The notes: generated by a model from the sequence alone, not told the origin. A stretch of DNA of 39,937 bases from Candidatus Omnitrophota bacterium (GCA_016206815.1 JACQQT010000031.1:1-39937); one strand, 5' to 3'; positions 26,250-36,437 are shown, counted from the stretch's first letter. Translations and numbers: made by a program.

Positions 26250-26558
26250 ATGGAAAAAAGAAGAAGTTACGGCAGCAATCAGACCCGAGAAAGAGGAAGA
26301 GGGAGAGAGCGAAAAGGTTTTGGAAAAGACAAAGAGCGGACTCCTCGCGTGTTTCGTAAGAAAGTTTGCCGCTTTTGTTCGGACAAAGCAGCGCAAATTG
26401 ATTATAAAGACATGGAGTCAATTCAAAAATTTTTAACTGAGAAAGGGAAAATTATCCCTCGTCGAATTACCGGCAATTGTTCAAAGCACCAACGTGCTTT
26501 AGCGCGCGCCATCAAGCGAAGTCGCCACAGCGCGTTGGTTGCATTTCAATCGGAGTAA
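26250..26558 (+). CDS. rpsR: 30S ribosomal protein S18 (with Arg/Glu/Gly-rich N-terminal extension)
   Basis: CRFC...IDYKD...L.KF..E.GKI.PRRITG....HQR.LA.AIKR.R motif set. Confidence 0.9.
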   Translation: MEKRRSYGSNQTRERGRGRERKGFGKDKERTPRVFRKKVCRFCSDKAAQIDYKDMESIQKFLTEKGKIIPRRITGNCSKHQRALARAIKRSRHSALVAFQSE

Positions 26559-26561
26559 ACC

Positions 26562-27005
26562 GTGGAAGTGATCTTAGTTCAGGATGTCGACAAATTAGGA
26601 AAAGCAGGAGATCGAGTGAAAGTCCGCGAAGGGTACTCGAGGAATTTTTTGGTGCCGAGACGGCTTGCCGTTCCCGTGACGGAAGGCGGGCTCAGGTTTC
26701 TCGAGGCGAAAAAGAAACGTGCCGAAGAAAAAAGAGCTCAGGAAAAAGACCAAGCCCTCAAGATTGCCGAACGCCTCAAGCTGTGGACCTGCGCTTTGAA
26801 AGCGAAGGTCGGCGAAGAAGGAAAACTCTTTGGCTCTATCACACGTCAGGATATTGATACCGCCCTTCGGAAGGAAGGTTATGAGATTGACAAGCGGAAA
26901 ATTGATTTGGCAGAACCCATTCATCAGGTAGGAGAATACCAAGTCAGGATTAGACTTCATTCGGAAGTTGATGTTCGAATCAAAGTGATTGTCACTCAAA
27001 TTTAA
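26562..27005 (+). CDS. rplI: 50S ribosomal protein L9
   Basis: MEVILVQDVDKLGKAGDRVKV..GY.RNFL.P N-terminus. GTG start. Confidence 0.9.
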   Translation: MEVILVQDVDKLGKAGDRVKVREGYSRNFLVPRRLAVPVTEGGLRFLEAKKKRAEEKRAQEKDQALKIAERLKLWTCALKAKVGEEGKLFGSITRQDIDTALRKEGYEIDKRKIDLAEPIHQVGEYQVRIRLHSEVDVRIKVIVTQI

Positions 27006-27021
27006 ACGATCTAAAAGGTTC

Positions 27022-28380
27022 ATGGATATTCAAGACAGTCTCGTTGAAAAAATTCCGCCTCAAAATTTGGAAGCGGAAACCAGTGTGTTGGGTGCCATGT
27101 TGTTTACACCGGACGCTGTTTCACGCGCCATCGAAATTCTGAATGAATCCTTTTTTTATTCGGAAGCTCACCGCTACATTTTTTCTGCCATTGTTCAGCT
27201 ATTCGATCGCAATGAAGCCGTTGATTTGATTACCGTGACGGAAGCGTTGAGAAAACGGAAGCAGTTGGAGGCGATCGGCGGGGCAAGTTATCTGGCACAG
27301 TTGACCGCTGCCGTTCCGACGGCGGCAAACTTGGAGCATCATGCGCGCATCATCAAAGAAAAAGCGCTTCTCAGGAATCTGATTTCAACCGCGACTCAAA
27401 TCATCCAGGAAAGTTTTGATCTGACGACGGATGGCGGACGGGTTTTGGATCATGCAGAGAGGATGATTTTTGATATTAGCCAGCACCGGATTGAGGGCAA
27501 ATTTATCCGCGTCAACGAAATCATCAGAGATTCCATCGAAGCGATCGATCATTTATATCAACGCAAAGAGCATGTGACCGGATTGGCAACCGGTTTTCAT
27601 GATTTTGATACGAAGACCGCCGGACTTCAGCCGTCCGATTTCATTGTGATTGCGGGCAGGCCGTCGATGGGAAAATCTGCCTTTGTTTCCGGGATTGCCG
27701 AACACGCGAGCGTCGTGCTGGGGAAGCCCATCGCTTTTTTTTCGTTGGAAATGAGTAAGGAGCAGCTCGTTCAAAGGATGCTTTGCTCCCATGCGCGGGT
27801 GGATGCCCAAAAAGTGAGAACGGGTTATCTGTCTCATTCGGACTGGCCGAAATTGACCAGTGCCGCCGGTAAGCTTTCTGAAGCCCCCATTTTTATTGAT
27901 GATACGCCGGTGATGAATGTGCTGGAGCTTCGCGCGAAAGCGCGCCGCCTGAAAGCGCAACACGGCATTGAACTTGTCATTGTCGATTATTTGCAATTGC
28001 TCGACAGCCGTTCCCGTGCGGAAAATAGGCAGCAGGAAATCACAGAGATCTCCCGTTCTTTGAAAGCACTTGCACGTGAATTGCGGGTGCCCGTGATTGC
28101 CATTAGCCAATTGTCGCGCGCTGTGGAATCACGAACCGGAAACCGCCCACAACTTTCAGATTTGCGTGAGTCTGGCGCGATCGAACAAGATGCGGATCTG
28201 GTCGTTTTCCTATTTCGAGAGGAGTATTACCATCCGACGGAAGAAAACCGAAATCGGGCTGAAGCGATTATCGCAAAGCAGCGGAACGGTCCGACAGGAT
28301 CGATCGATTTAATTTTCCTAAAAGAATGGACCCGATTTGATAATCCGGAATTCCGCCGGGAGGAACCGGGAATTTATTGA
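27022..28380 (+). CDS. dnaB: Replicative DNA helicase
   Basis: PPQNLEAETSVLGAML N-terminus, Walker A GRPSMGKSAF, IVDYLQL, SQLSRAVE, ESGAIEQDAD. Confidence 0.95.
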   Translation: MDIQDSLVEKIPPQNLEAETSVLGAMLFTPDAVSRAIEILNESFFYSEAHRYIFSAIVQLFDRNEAVDLITVTEALRKRKQLEAIGGASYLAQLTAAVPTAANLEHHARIIKEKALLRNLISTATQIIQESFDLTTDGGRVLDHAERMIFDISQHRIEGKFIRVNEIIRDSIEAIDHLYQRKEHVTGLATGFHDFDTKTAGLQPSDFIVIAGRPSMGKSAFVSGIAEHASVVLGKPIAFFSLEMSKEQLVQRMLCSHARVDAQKVRTGYLSHSDWPKLTSAAGKLSEAPIFIDDTPVMNVLELRAKARRLKAQHGIELVIVDYLQLLDSRSRAENRQQEITEISRSLKALARELRVPVIAISQLSRAVESRTGNRPQLSDLRESGAIEQDADLVVFLFREEYYHPTEENRNRAEAIIAKQRNGPTGSIDLIFLKEWTRFDNPEFRREEPGIY

Positions 28381-28549
28381 TCGGTCGGGATATCTCCCGA
28401 CCGATCATCCCAGCACCGCACATGTTTTAAGCATGTTGTGCGGTGCGTGGGATTACAATGTAACCCTGACGCGCCTTGAAGCAAGATAAAGTGATTCAAG
28501 GCGCTAAGGGTGACCTCTCTGGGAAATATACAAGAATTCCCAGAGAGGT
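28379..28549 (+). other. Cluster of four strong, mutually unrelated stem-loops in the dnaB-bamA spacer
   Basis: H1 28379-28406 (12-bp perfect stem, TATC loop, overlaps the dnaB stop). H2 28409-28451 (about 18 bp with two small bulges). H3 28471-28504 (GCGCCTTGAA/TTCAAGGCGC, 14-nt loop). H4 28513-28549 (ACCTCTCTGGGAA/TTCCCAGAGAGGT). None is followed by a T tract. Confidence 0.6.
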
Positions 28550-28584
28550 TCAATTTATTAAACCATTAGCCTACTGAATCTACT

Positions 28585-30963
28585 ATGCATTCATCTCGTT
28601 CATCTCTTTTCATCTCATTCCTAACCGCGATCTGTTGTTTTATTTTTGCGCATGCCGTATTCGCAGAATCTGAAACACAAGCGGTCCAACCCCAAGCTGA
28701 AGAACAACAGGCTCAACCTGAAGCAGAAAGTTCGCAAGAGCAAAAACAAAACTTGAATGTGATTCGAATTGATGTACGCGGAAATCAAGCGATTAGCACG
28801 AGTACGATATTGAATAATATGAAGACTCGGTCCGGCATGGAGTTGAATCAACAAGTGATGAACGAGGACATCAAGCGCTTGTATGGAACCGGATTTTTTC
28901 TGGACGTTCGGGTTGAAATCGAAGAAGCGACCGACGGCATCCGACTTGTTGTTGTCGTGACCGAAAAACCGATCGTCCGGTACATCGTGATTGAAGGCGC
29001 TCAACTCGTCAAAGAGCGCGATATCCGGAAAGAGTTGGGCTTGATCGAAGGACAGGCGCTGGATGAGTTTTCGATTAAACAAGGAATTAATAAAGTGAAA
29101 GATCGTTATGCCAGCAAAGGTTTCCGGTTTGCAAAAATCAGGTACCGCATCGAAACGGACCGGAGAACGAAAGAGGCGACGGTCTATATCAACATTGAAG
29201 AGGGAAAGAAATTTCGAGTGAATCGGATTCGTTTCGAAGGCGTCCAATCGTTTAAAGAACGCAGGCTCCAGAAGTTGATGCGAACGAAGGCACGGAATAT
29301 TTTCTTGTTGCGGCTGGGAACCTTCCGGGAAGAGAAATTCAGCGATGATCTGGACCGTTTGAGCGCTTTCTACCAATCCCAAGGTTTTCTGGAGGTTCGT
29401 ATTAATCATGATTTTGAATACGACGAGGCAAACGGCAGAGTGACGATCGTGATTCAGGCGGTTGAAGGCAGACGGTATCAGACAGGTCGCATTGAGATCG
29501 ATGGGGTTCGAGCACTTCCCGAAAGTGAAATCTGGCAGCGCTTGGAGATGCTGCCCGGTACCGTTTTCTCGCAGCAGAATTTAGCCGGAGAAATTGAACG
29601 TATCCGCGATTTTTATTATCGTTACGGGTATATGAACGTACAGATTTTTCCGGACGTCAAAGTCGATGACGAAGCAGCAAAAGCGGATGTGAAGTACCAA
29701 ATTAAAGAAGGCGACCTTTATTTCATTGATAAAGTGAAAATCCGCGGGAATACAAAAACCAAGGATATTGTCATCCGGCGAGAACTTCGAATTCGCCCTG
29801 GCGATAAGTTTGACGGAGGGGCAATTGACCGTTCGAAACAGCGGTTGGAGAACCTCGGCTTTTTTGATGAGGTTTCCTATGATACGGAGCCGTCCACGAT
29901 TCCGAACCGCCGGGACATTGTTTTTAAGGTAAAAGAGAAGCGGACAGGAGAATTGTCTTTCGGTGCAGGGATCAGTTCGATCGATCAATTCGTCGGCTTT
30001 GCCGAAATTGCGCAGCGGAATTTCGATCTAATGAACTGGCCCCGTCTGACAGGCGGCGGTCAGAATATTGCACTCCGCGGCAGGTGGGGAACGATTACGC
30101 GTGATTTTTCTTTTAATTTTGACGAACCCTATCTTTTTAACAAACCCATTTCTTTCGGTCTCGATGTTTATGATGTGCGCACCGAAAATCGAAACGTCGA
30201 CTTCAGGGAAGAGCGCCTCGGCATCGGCACGACCTTTTCAAAAGCGTTCACTGATTTTATCCGGGCAGGGTTCGGTTACAAAATTGAACAAGTCGATTTG
30301 GATGAAATCTCAAGCGATGCCTCACCGGACGTTGTGCTGTTTAGCGGGAAAACTTTCCTCAGCCGGCTGAAAACTTTCCTCAGCCGGGATACGCGCGATA
30401 ACGTTTTCTTTCCGACAAAAGGCTGGGTCGCCGGTGTTTCCGGAGAATTAATTGGTACCTTCTTGGGCGGCGATGAAGATTATTACATTTTTCAAGCAAA
30501 TGCTACGAAGTACTGGAGTTTTGGGGAAGAACACAAACATGTGATCGAAGGACGTGTCCGTGCAGGGGTAACCGATGATTTGGGATCTGAGCAAGTCCCT
30601 GTTTTTGACCGGTTTTTTGCCGGTGGTTTCGGAACCGTCCGAGGGTATAATTTCAGACGCGTGGGTCCGATTGAAGGAGGCAGCGCGATCGGCGGTAACA
30701 CCATGTTAATTTTGAATTTGGAATATACGTTTCCGATACCGTATCTCGAAAATTTTAAGGGAGCCGTTTTTATTGATGCCGGCGATATCGAAGGAGACAG
30801 TTACAAGTTGGATTTTGGGGAATTCCGGGTGAGTATCGGTCCCGGCATCAAAATTAATACTCCGTTGGGGCCGATTGCGTTTTATTACGGGTTGCCGATT
30901 ATGAATCGAGATACGGAAGACAAGAACGGTAGGTTTGAGTTTAGTTTGAGTCGCAGCTTTTAA
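28585..30963 (+). CDS. bamA: Outer membrane protein assembly factor BamA (Omp85 family)
   Basis: 792 aa. Signal peptide, repeated POTRA-like segments (I..I.V.GN...S...I), C-terminal beta-barrel ending FEFSLSRSF. Confidence 0.9.
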   Translation: MHSSRSSLFISFLTAICCFIFAHAVFAESETQAVQPQAEEQQAQPEAESSQEQKQNLNVIRIDVRGNQAISTSTILNNMKTRSGMELNQQVMNEDIKRLYGTGFFLDVRVEIEEATDGIRLVVVVTEKPIVRYIVIEGAQLVKERDIRKELGLIEGQALDEFSIKQGINKVKDRYASKGFRFAKIRYRIETDRRTKEATVYINIEEGKKFRVNRIRFEGVQSFKERRLQKLMRTKARNIFLLRLGTFREEKFSDDLDRLSAFYQSQGFLEVRINHDFEYDEANGRVTIVIQAVEGRRYQTGRIEIDGVRALPESEIWQRLEMLPGTVFSQQNLAGEIERIRDFYYRYGYMNVQIFPDVKVDDEAAKADVKYQIKEGDLYFIDKVKIRGNTKTKDIVIRRELRIRPGDKFDGGAIDRSKQRLENLGFFDEVSYDTEPSTIPNRRDIVFKVKEKRTGELSFGAGISSIDQFVGFAEIAQRNFDLMNWPRLTGGGQNIALRGRWGTITRDFSFNFDEPYLFNKPISFGLDVYDVRTENRNVDFREERLGIGTTFSKAFTDFIRAGFGYKIEQVDLDEISSDASPDVVLFSGKTFLSRLKTFLSRDTRDNVFFPTKGWVAGVSGELIGTFLGGDEDYYIFQANATKYWSFGEEHKHVIEGRVRAGVTDDLGSEQVPVFDRFFAGGFGTVRGYNFRRVGPIEGGSAIGGNTMLILNLEYTFPIPYLENFKGAVFIDAGDIEGDSYKLDFGEFRVSIGPGIKINTPLGPIAFYYGLPIMNRDTEDKNGRFEFSLSRSF

Positions 30964-31027
30964 GCACTTATTGACATTTGTGCAGTCACGAACCATTCTT
31001 TAAAACGGAGAGGAAAGGAGTTTTTCA

Positions 31028-31570
31028 ATGACGATCGAAAGTGTAAAAAAATATGCGGTACCCGCTATCTTCATTATTGTTTTACTGTTTGTTTGTAGCG
31101 GCATTGCTTCGGCAGCTGTCGGAAAAGAGAAATTTGGAACCGTTGACATTGGAAAGGTATTCGATGAGTACGAGAAAACAAAAAAGTTTGACGACGAATT
31201 TCAAACCGAGGGCAGACTCAAACAAGAAGAACGTGACGCCATCGTTCACGAAATCCGCCGCCTTCGCGATGAGCAGGCTCTTTTAGCCGAGGATGCGCGC
31301 CGTGACAAGCAAAGCGCCATCGATACAAAGATCAAAGAGTTAGACAGTTTTGATAATGAGATTCAGAAAACGTTGGGAGAAAAGCGCAATCAAGCGGTGA
31401 AAGAAGTGTTTCAAGATATTGAAAACGTGATGACCCAATACGGAGAACGGAAAGGATACGATTTTATTTTCAACGATCGCGCGCTGCTTTATAAGGACAA
31501 ACCCTACGACGTAACCTCCGATATTCTAAAAGAGTTGAATGATCGTTACCGGAAGGAGAAGAAGCGCTAA
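31028..31570 (+). CDS. skp: OmpH/Skp family periplasmic chaperone
   Basis: 180 aa. Signal peptide, coiled-coil-rich charged sequence, canonical position after bamA. Confidence 0.8.
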   Translation: MTIESVKKYAVPAIFIIVLLFVCSGIASAAVGKEKFGTVDIGKVFDEYEKTKKFDDEFQTEGRLKQEERDAIVHEIRRLRDEQALLAEDARRDKQSAIDTKIKELDSFDNEIQKTLGEKRNQAVKEVFQDIENVMTQYGERKGYDFIFNDRALLYKDKPYDVTSDILKELNDRYRKEKKR

Positions 31571-31606
31571 GCGGTAGGCCAAGCGCCTGTGGTTGACCAA
31601 ATTGCC

Positions 31607-32941
31607 ATGATGGAAATGCAAAGAACGCTTCAAACGACGATTGAATTGATCGGGCGGGGGCTTCACAGCGGCACGGAAACGCGCCTTATTCTTAAACCTG
31701 CCGAAGCCGATACGGGTATTGTTTTTGCAAAGGTTCATCACGGCGAAAAAGTTTTTTTTCCGGGCACTGTTGAATCGATCCGGATTGGAGAGGGCAGACA
31801 GACTTCTTTAGGCAAAGGGGATGTCTGCGTTCAGACGGTGGAACATCTGATGGCTACGTTTCATGGTCTGGGGATTGACAATGCGATTGTCCAAATCGAA
31901 GGAGAGGAGATCCCCGGTTTTGACGGAAGCGCCAAAGCTTTTGTTGACCAGATTTTGAAAGCCGGCCGTCAATTCCAGGACAAACCGCGCGAGTATCTCT
32001 ACGTGACGGAGCCGATTTATATCGATGAGGGCGGGCAATCGATCATTGTACTTCCTTATCGCGATGGATTAAAATTATCCTACTCGCTTAGTTATCAGCA
32101 TCGCGATCTTCATGATCAGTTTTTCAGTTCCGTTGTCACACCCGAGGTGTTTGAACGCGAACTGGCACCTGCCCGCACGTTTTGTTTGAAAGAAGAAGCG
32201 ATGGCATTAAAGGCCCAGGGTTACGGCCAGGGGGCAGATTTGACCAACACCTTGGTGTTTGAAAATGACGTCCCCATTCAAAACACGCTTCGTTTTCCGA
32301 ACGAAGCCTGCCGCCATAAGGTAACGGATTTGTTGGGGGATTTATATTTGGTCGGCCGGCCGCTCCGCGCGCATGTGATCGCATGTCGCAGCGGTCACGT
32401 TCAAAATATGAAGTTGGTCGCTAAACTGAGGGGAATGAAAACTGATCAGGCGAAAAGAGAAACTCCTATGAGTAAACCAAAACGTGAGGCCCAAGAACTG
32501 AAACAAGAGCTGGATGTTAATGAAATTCAGAAAATTATACCGCATCGTTACCCGTTTCTTTTGGTAGATCGTATTGTGGAGTTGGTGCCCGGGAAGAAAG
32601 CGGTCGGGATTAAAAATGTCACCATTAACGAATATTACTTTCAGGGGCATTTTCCGGGCCATCCCGTGATGCCCGGCGTTTTGATCCTGGAAGCTTTGGC
32701 GCAGGTGGGTGGCGTCGTGATGCTGAGTCAGCCTGAAAATCAAGGCAAATTAGCTTATTTTATGACCATTGAAGATGTCAAATTCCGCCAGCCCGTTCAT
32801 CCGGGCGATCAGCTGCGCCTTGAAGTGGAAGTGATTAAGATTCGTTCCCGCACGGGGCAGTGCCGGGGGAAAGCCTACGTCGAGGGAAAGTTAGTCTGTG
32901 AAGCAGAAGTTAAGTTTGCCCTCGTGGAGTCGTCGGGATGA
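31607..32941 (+). CDS. lpxC: Bifunctional UDP-3-O-acyl-GlcNAc deacetylase / 3-hydroxyacyl-ACP dehydratase (LpxC-FabZ fusion)
   Basis: [18 protein letters not shown] and TVEHLMA.. (LpxC), then [13 protein letters not shown] and [15 protein letters not shown] (FabZ) in a single frame. ORF opens at GTG 31589; starts at 31607-31616 fit the LpxC N-terminus better. Confidence 0.9.
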   Translation: MMEMQRTLQTTIELIGRGLHSGTETRLILKPAEADTGIVFAKVHHGEKVFFPGTVESIRIGEGRQTSLGKGDVCVQTVEHLMATFHGLGIDNAIVQIEGEEIPGFDGSAKAFVDQILKAGRQFQDKPREYLYVTEPIYIDEGGQSIIVLPYRDGLKLSYSLSYQHRDLHDQFFSSVVTPEVFERELAPARTFCLKEEAMALKAQGYGQGADLTNTLVFENDVPIQNTLRFPNEACRHKVTDLLGDLYLVGRPLRAHVIACRSGHVQNMKLVAKLRGMKTDQAKRETPMSKPKREAQELKQELDVNEIQKIIPHRYPFLLVDRIVELVPGKKAVGIKNVTINEYYFQGHFPGHPVMPGVLILEALAQVGGVVMLSQPENQGKLAYFMTIEDVKFRQPVHPGDQLRLEVEVIKIRSRTGQCRGKAYVEGKLVCEAEVKFALVESSG

Positions 32942-33729
32942 GTATTGAAACGAAGAAAACATTTGTCCATCCAACCGCCATTGTTCATCCTGAGGCCGAG
33001 ATAGGCTCAGGAACTTCCATCGGCCCTTTTTCAATGATCGAAGCGGATGTTGTGATCGGTGACGGAACGACCATTGGTGCTCGGGTGACCATTGAAGGTC
33101 ATACCGTCATCGGAAAAGACAACCAAATCTTTACCGGAGCGGTCATTGGCAGTGTGACGCAGGATAAAAAATACAAGGGCGGCATTACCTACTTGAAGAT
33201 CGGTGATCGCAACAAAATTCGGGAGTATGTCACCGTCAATCCGGGCACAGATGATGGTTCTGAGACAGTGATCGGAGATGACAATTTAATTATGGCGTAT
33301 GCGCATGTGGCGCATAATTGCATCATCGGGAATAAAACGATTATTGCAAATGCCGGTACGTTGGCCGGCCATGTCATCGTGGAAGACAGGGCTGTCATCG
33401 GCGGCTTGTGCGGCGTTCATCAGTTTGTACGAATCGGTTACCTGTCCATTGTCGGCGGCAATTCCAAAGCAGTTCAGGACATTCCGCCGTTTACCATGGT
33501 GGATGGGCATCCTGCAAAGGCTTATGGTCTTAATGTTGTGGGAATGGAACGGGCAGATGTCCCCAAAGAGGAAAGGCTGCTTTTGAAACGTGCTTTTAAG
33601 ATTATTTTCCGATCCAAGCTTTCAACCAAGAATGCAGTTCAGGCATTAAAAACCGACTTGCCTGAGACACCTACCGTTTCACGACTTATCAAATTCCTAG
33701 AAAGTTCTGAACGTGGAGTTTGTAAGTGA
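32938..33729 (+). CDS. lpxA: Acyl-ACP--UDP-GlcNAc O-acyltransferase
   Basis: 263 aa. Hexapeptide repeats plus the C-terminal helical domain typical of LpxA. ATGA overlap with lpxC-fabZ. Confidence 0.9.
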   Translation: MSIETKKTFVHPTAIVHPEAEIGSGTSIGPFSMIEADVVIGDGTTIGARVTIEGHTVIGKDNQIFTGAVIGSVTQDKKYKGGITYLKIGDRNKIREYVTVNPGTDDGSETVIGDDNLIMAYAHVAHNCIIGNKTIIANAGTLAGHVIVEDRAVIGGLCGVHQFVRIGYLSIVGGNSKAVQDIPPFTMVDGHPAKAYGLNVVGMERADVPKEERLLLKRAFKIIFRSKLSTKNAVQALKTDLPETPTVSRLIKFLESSERGVCK

Positions 33730-33798
33730 TTGTAAATAAAAAGGTTATAACTTTCAAAAACCAGTCCGCATTTTTGTTCTTCTACAATTTTGTTAATA

Positions 33799-33807
33799 TG
33801 GTACAAT
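33799..33807 (+). promoter_or_regulatory. Candidate extended -10 promoter upstream of lpxI
   Basis: TGGTACAAT in an AT-rich spacer. No good -35. Confidence 0.25.
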
Positions 33808-33943
33808 AACATTTTTGTAGGCCTGCCTAAGCATTTTTAGGATACGTATATCGAAGAGTGGGGGGCACACTTCGGCAGCTTACCTGTTGCCTGCATCTGT
33901 TTCCTCTCCTCCCCTTATTGAATTACATGATAGGAGAACTGCG

Positions 33944-34759
33944 TTGGATAAAACATTGGGATTAATTGCCGGCCGCGGCACGTTACCCGAACTGGTTTTG
34001 GAAGAGGCCAGAAGGCTTCGCTATCGAATCGCCGTTTGTGCCATCCAGGGCGAGACAAATCCTGCCGTGGCCCAAGCTGCAGATGCCGCCTTATGGATTC
34101 GGTTGGGTCAGTTAGGCCGGATGACCCAGTTTTTTGTGCGGGAAGGCGCTCGAGAAGCCATGATGGTTGGAAAAATTACCAAAACCAATTTGTTTCACGG
34201 AGACATCAGACCGGATTTGGAGATGGTGAAGGTGGTTGCGAAAACAAGGAATCATTCGGATGATTCGCTGCTTGGCGGGATTGCAGATTATTTGCATGGA
34301 AAGGGTATTTCCGTTTTGGATTCAACGTCGTTTTTGAGCGAAGATGTGCTTCCGGCGGGCGGCGTACTGACCAAACGCAAACCTTCTAAAAAGGAATATG
34401 CGGATATTGATTTCGGCTGGGAGTTGGCGAAAGAAATCGGGCGGCTTGATATTGGGCAGACGGTGGTCGTAAAAAATCAGGCCGTCTTGGCAGTGGAAGC
34501 AATTGAGGGGACCGACGAAGCCATTTTGCGCGGCGGGGTTTTAGGAAACGGTGAAACCGTGGTTGTGAAGGTTGCCAAACCGAAGCAGGACATGCGGTTT
34601 GATGTCCCAACGATTGGGCCTGCGACATTGGATGCAATGATTCGGGCAAAGGCACGGGTGCTGGCTTTTGAGGCAAAGAAAACGATTGTGCTGAATCGCA
34701 ACCAGGTTGTTGATCGAGCCAACCGGCATCGCATTGCGATGATTGCAAAGGAGTTTTAA
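33944..34759 (+). CDS. lpxI: UDP-2,3-diacylglucosamine pyrophosphatase LpxI (DUF1009) family
   Basis: LGLIAGRGTLP N-terminus and DIGQTVVVK...LAVEAIEGTDEAI.R motifs. TTG 33944 preferred (AGGAGA 6 nt upstream); ORF opens at 33887. Confidence 0.75.
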   Translation: MDKTLGLIAGRGTLPELVLEEARRLRYRIAVCAIQGETNPAVAQAADAALWIRLGQLGRMTQFFVREGAREAMMVGKITKTNLFHGDIRPDLEMVKVVAKTRNHSDDSLLGGIADYLHGKGISVLDSTSFLSEDVLPAGGVLTKRKPSKKEYADIDFGWELAKEIGRLDIGQTVVVKNQAVLAVEAIEGTDEAILRGGVLGNGETVVVKVAKPKQDMRFDVPTIGPATLDAMIRAKARVLAFEAKKTIVLNRNQVVDRANRHRIAMIAKEF

Positions 34760-34760
34760 C

Positions 34761-36311
34761 GTGACCCCTCAGAACGGATCAAAGCCGCACGCCAAAGAAT
34801 TAATTGCGCTGACCGAAATTTCTAAGGCGATTTCAGCCTCCTTAGATTTGAAAACCGTGATGCAGAGTATCCTGAATACGTTGAACGAACATTTGGGAAT
34901 GGAACGGGGAACCATCATGCTGTTGGATCCCGAGACCAAGGAGATTTATATCGAAGTGGCTTGCGGGCTTGAACTGGAAGAAATCAAACGGGGTCGTTAT
35001 AAAATCGGGGAAGGGATTACCGGAAAAGTAGTGGCTGCCGGGGAAGCCATTGTGGTTCCGAACGTCGGAAAGGAACCGCTTTTCCTCAATCGAACCAAAG
35101 CACGCGATGACGTGACGAAATCCAGCATTGCCTTCATTTGCGTTCCTATCAAATTGGAAGACAAAGTGATCGGCGCATTAAGCGTAGACCGTTTGTTCCG
35201 GGAGGATGTTTCTTTTGACAAAGACGTGCGTTTTCTCACCATCATCAGTTCCATGACGGCACAGGCCGTTCGCATTCACAGCTTGGTTGAAAAAGAAAAA
35301 GAAACGCTCACCACTGAAAATCTTCGTTTAAGGGACGAATTAAAGAAAAAATTTCATCCCGTCAATATTATTGGTGAAAGCAAACGGATGACGGATGTTT
35401 ATTCTTCTATTGACTTGGTGTCGGGAACGAAAGCAACCGTGATGTTGCGGGGCGAGAGCGGGACGGGCAAAGAACTGGTCGCCAAAGCCATTCATTACCA
35501 TAGCGACCGTGCGGATAAGCCGTTTATCAAAGTTTCCTGCGCGGCGCTTCCCGAGACGCTTTTGGAAAGCGAGTTTTTCGGTTATGAGAAAGGTGCTTTC
35601 ACGGGAGCCAATGCCATGAAGCGGGGCCGTTTCGAACTTGCCCATACGGGAACTCTTTTTCTGGATGAAATCGGCGATATCCCCCTATCGACTCAGGTCA
35701 AGTTGCTGCGCGTTCTCCAAGAAAGGGAGCTGGAACGATTGGGAGGCGTTGAAACCATCCGGGTTGATATTCGGTTGATTGTGGCCACCAATAAGGATTT
35801 GGAACGGGAAGTCCGCGAGGGACAATTCCGCGAGGATTTGTATTACCGGCTCAATGTTATTCCGATTTTTCTTCCTTCTTTGCGGGACCGCCGGGAAGAT
35901 TTACCGCTTTTGGTGCAGCATTTCTTGGAAAAAGCAAATCGGGAGAATGGAAAACAAGTGAAACGTGTTTCTGACGAAGCTTGGGAATATCTGATGAATT
36001 ATTCCTGGCCCGGGAATGTGCGCGAAGTTGAAAATGCCATCGAGCGCGCGGTCATTATGTGCCAAGGCGATGAAATCGGAAGGGAACATTTCCCTTTTGA
36101 TCTAAAAGCAAATATCAGGCCGACGGATGAAGGAGACCGCCTCCCGGTGGAGGAAGATCAGACCCTGCCCGTTGCAATTGAAAATCTGGAACGCAAGTTG
36201 TTGCTGAGATCGCTTGAAAAAACAGGCGGCAACAAGCGGAAAGCAGCCAGACTGCTCGGCGTCACCGAAAGAATCTTGGGTTATAAGGTGAAACGCTACG
36301 GACTTTTCTAG
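34761..36311 (+). CDS. Sigma-54-dependent transcriptional activator with N-terminal GAF domain (NifA-type architecture, no receiver domain)
   Basis: GAF-like N-terminus, Walker A GESGTGKELVAKAIH, GAFTGA loop (EKGAFTGA), C-terminal Fis-type HTH (GGNKRKAARLLGVTERILGYKVKRYGL). GTG 34761 lies 7 nt after AAGGAG. Confidence 0.9.
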   Translation: MTPQNGSKPHAKELIALTEISKAISASLDLKTVMQSILNTLNEHLGMERGTIMLLDPETKEIYIEVACGLELEEIKRGRYKIGEGITGKVVAAGEAIVVPNVGKEPLFLNRTKARDDVTKSSIAFICVPIKLEDKVIGALSVDRLFREDVSFDKDVRFLTIISSMTAQAVRIHSLVEKEKETLTTENLRLRDELKKKFHPVNIIGESKRMTDVYSSIDLVSGTKATVMLRGESGTGKELVAKAIHYHSDRADKPFIKVSCAALPETLLESEFFGYEKGAFTGANAMKRGRFELAHTGTLFLDEIGDIPLSTQVKLLRVLQERELERLGGVETIRVDIRLIVATNKDLEREVREGQFREDLYYRLNVIPIFLPSLRDRREDLPLLVQHFLEKANRENGKQVKRVSDEAWEYLMNYSWPGNVREVENAIERAVIMCQGDEIGREHFPFDLKANIRPTDEGDRLPVEEDQTLPVAIENLERKLLLRSLEKTGGNKRKAARLLGVTERILGYKVKRYGLF

Positions 36312-36328
36312 ACGAAAAGACAGACAAA

Positions 36329-36346
36329 ATTGTAGATTTCTACAAT
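36329..36346. promoter_or_regulatory. Candidate enhancer (UAS) palindrome for the adjacent sigma-54 activator
   Basis: Perfect inverted repeat ATTGTAGA-TT-TCTACAAT centred about 86 bp upstream of the -24 element. TGT-N8-ACA core. Confidence 0.4.
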
Positions 36347-36421
36347 ATTGTTTGTTTTCCTGCGGCATTTAATACCTGCCGATCATTTATTTTCCTCTTA
36401 AAATTTTCCTGCTACTCAAAC

Positions 36422-36437
36422 TGGCACGCCTATTGCT
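36422..36437 (+). promoter_or_regulatory. Sigma-54 (-24/-12) promoter of amtB-glnK
   Basis: TGGCAC-gccta-TTGCT matches the TGGCAC-N5-TTGCW consensus, about 60 nt upstream of the amtB ATG. Confidence 0.75.

Noticed and set aside
28621-29409. 262-aa ORF antisense to bamA
   Set aside because: Entirely nested opposite a strongly supported BamA coding region. The translation has no recognisable motifs, SD or promoter. It is best read as a shadow ORF of the coding frame.
36329-36346. Canonical NifA UAS
   Set aside because: The palindrome core is TGT-N8-ACA, not TGT-N10-ACA. It is kept only as a generic enhancer-binding-protein site candidate.
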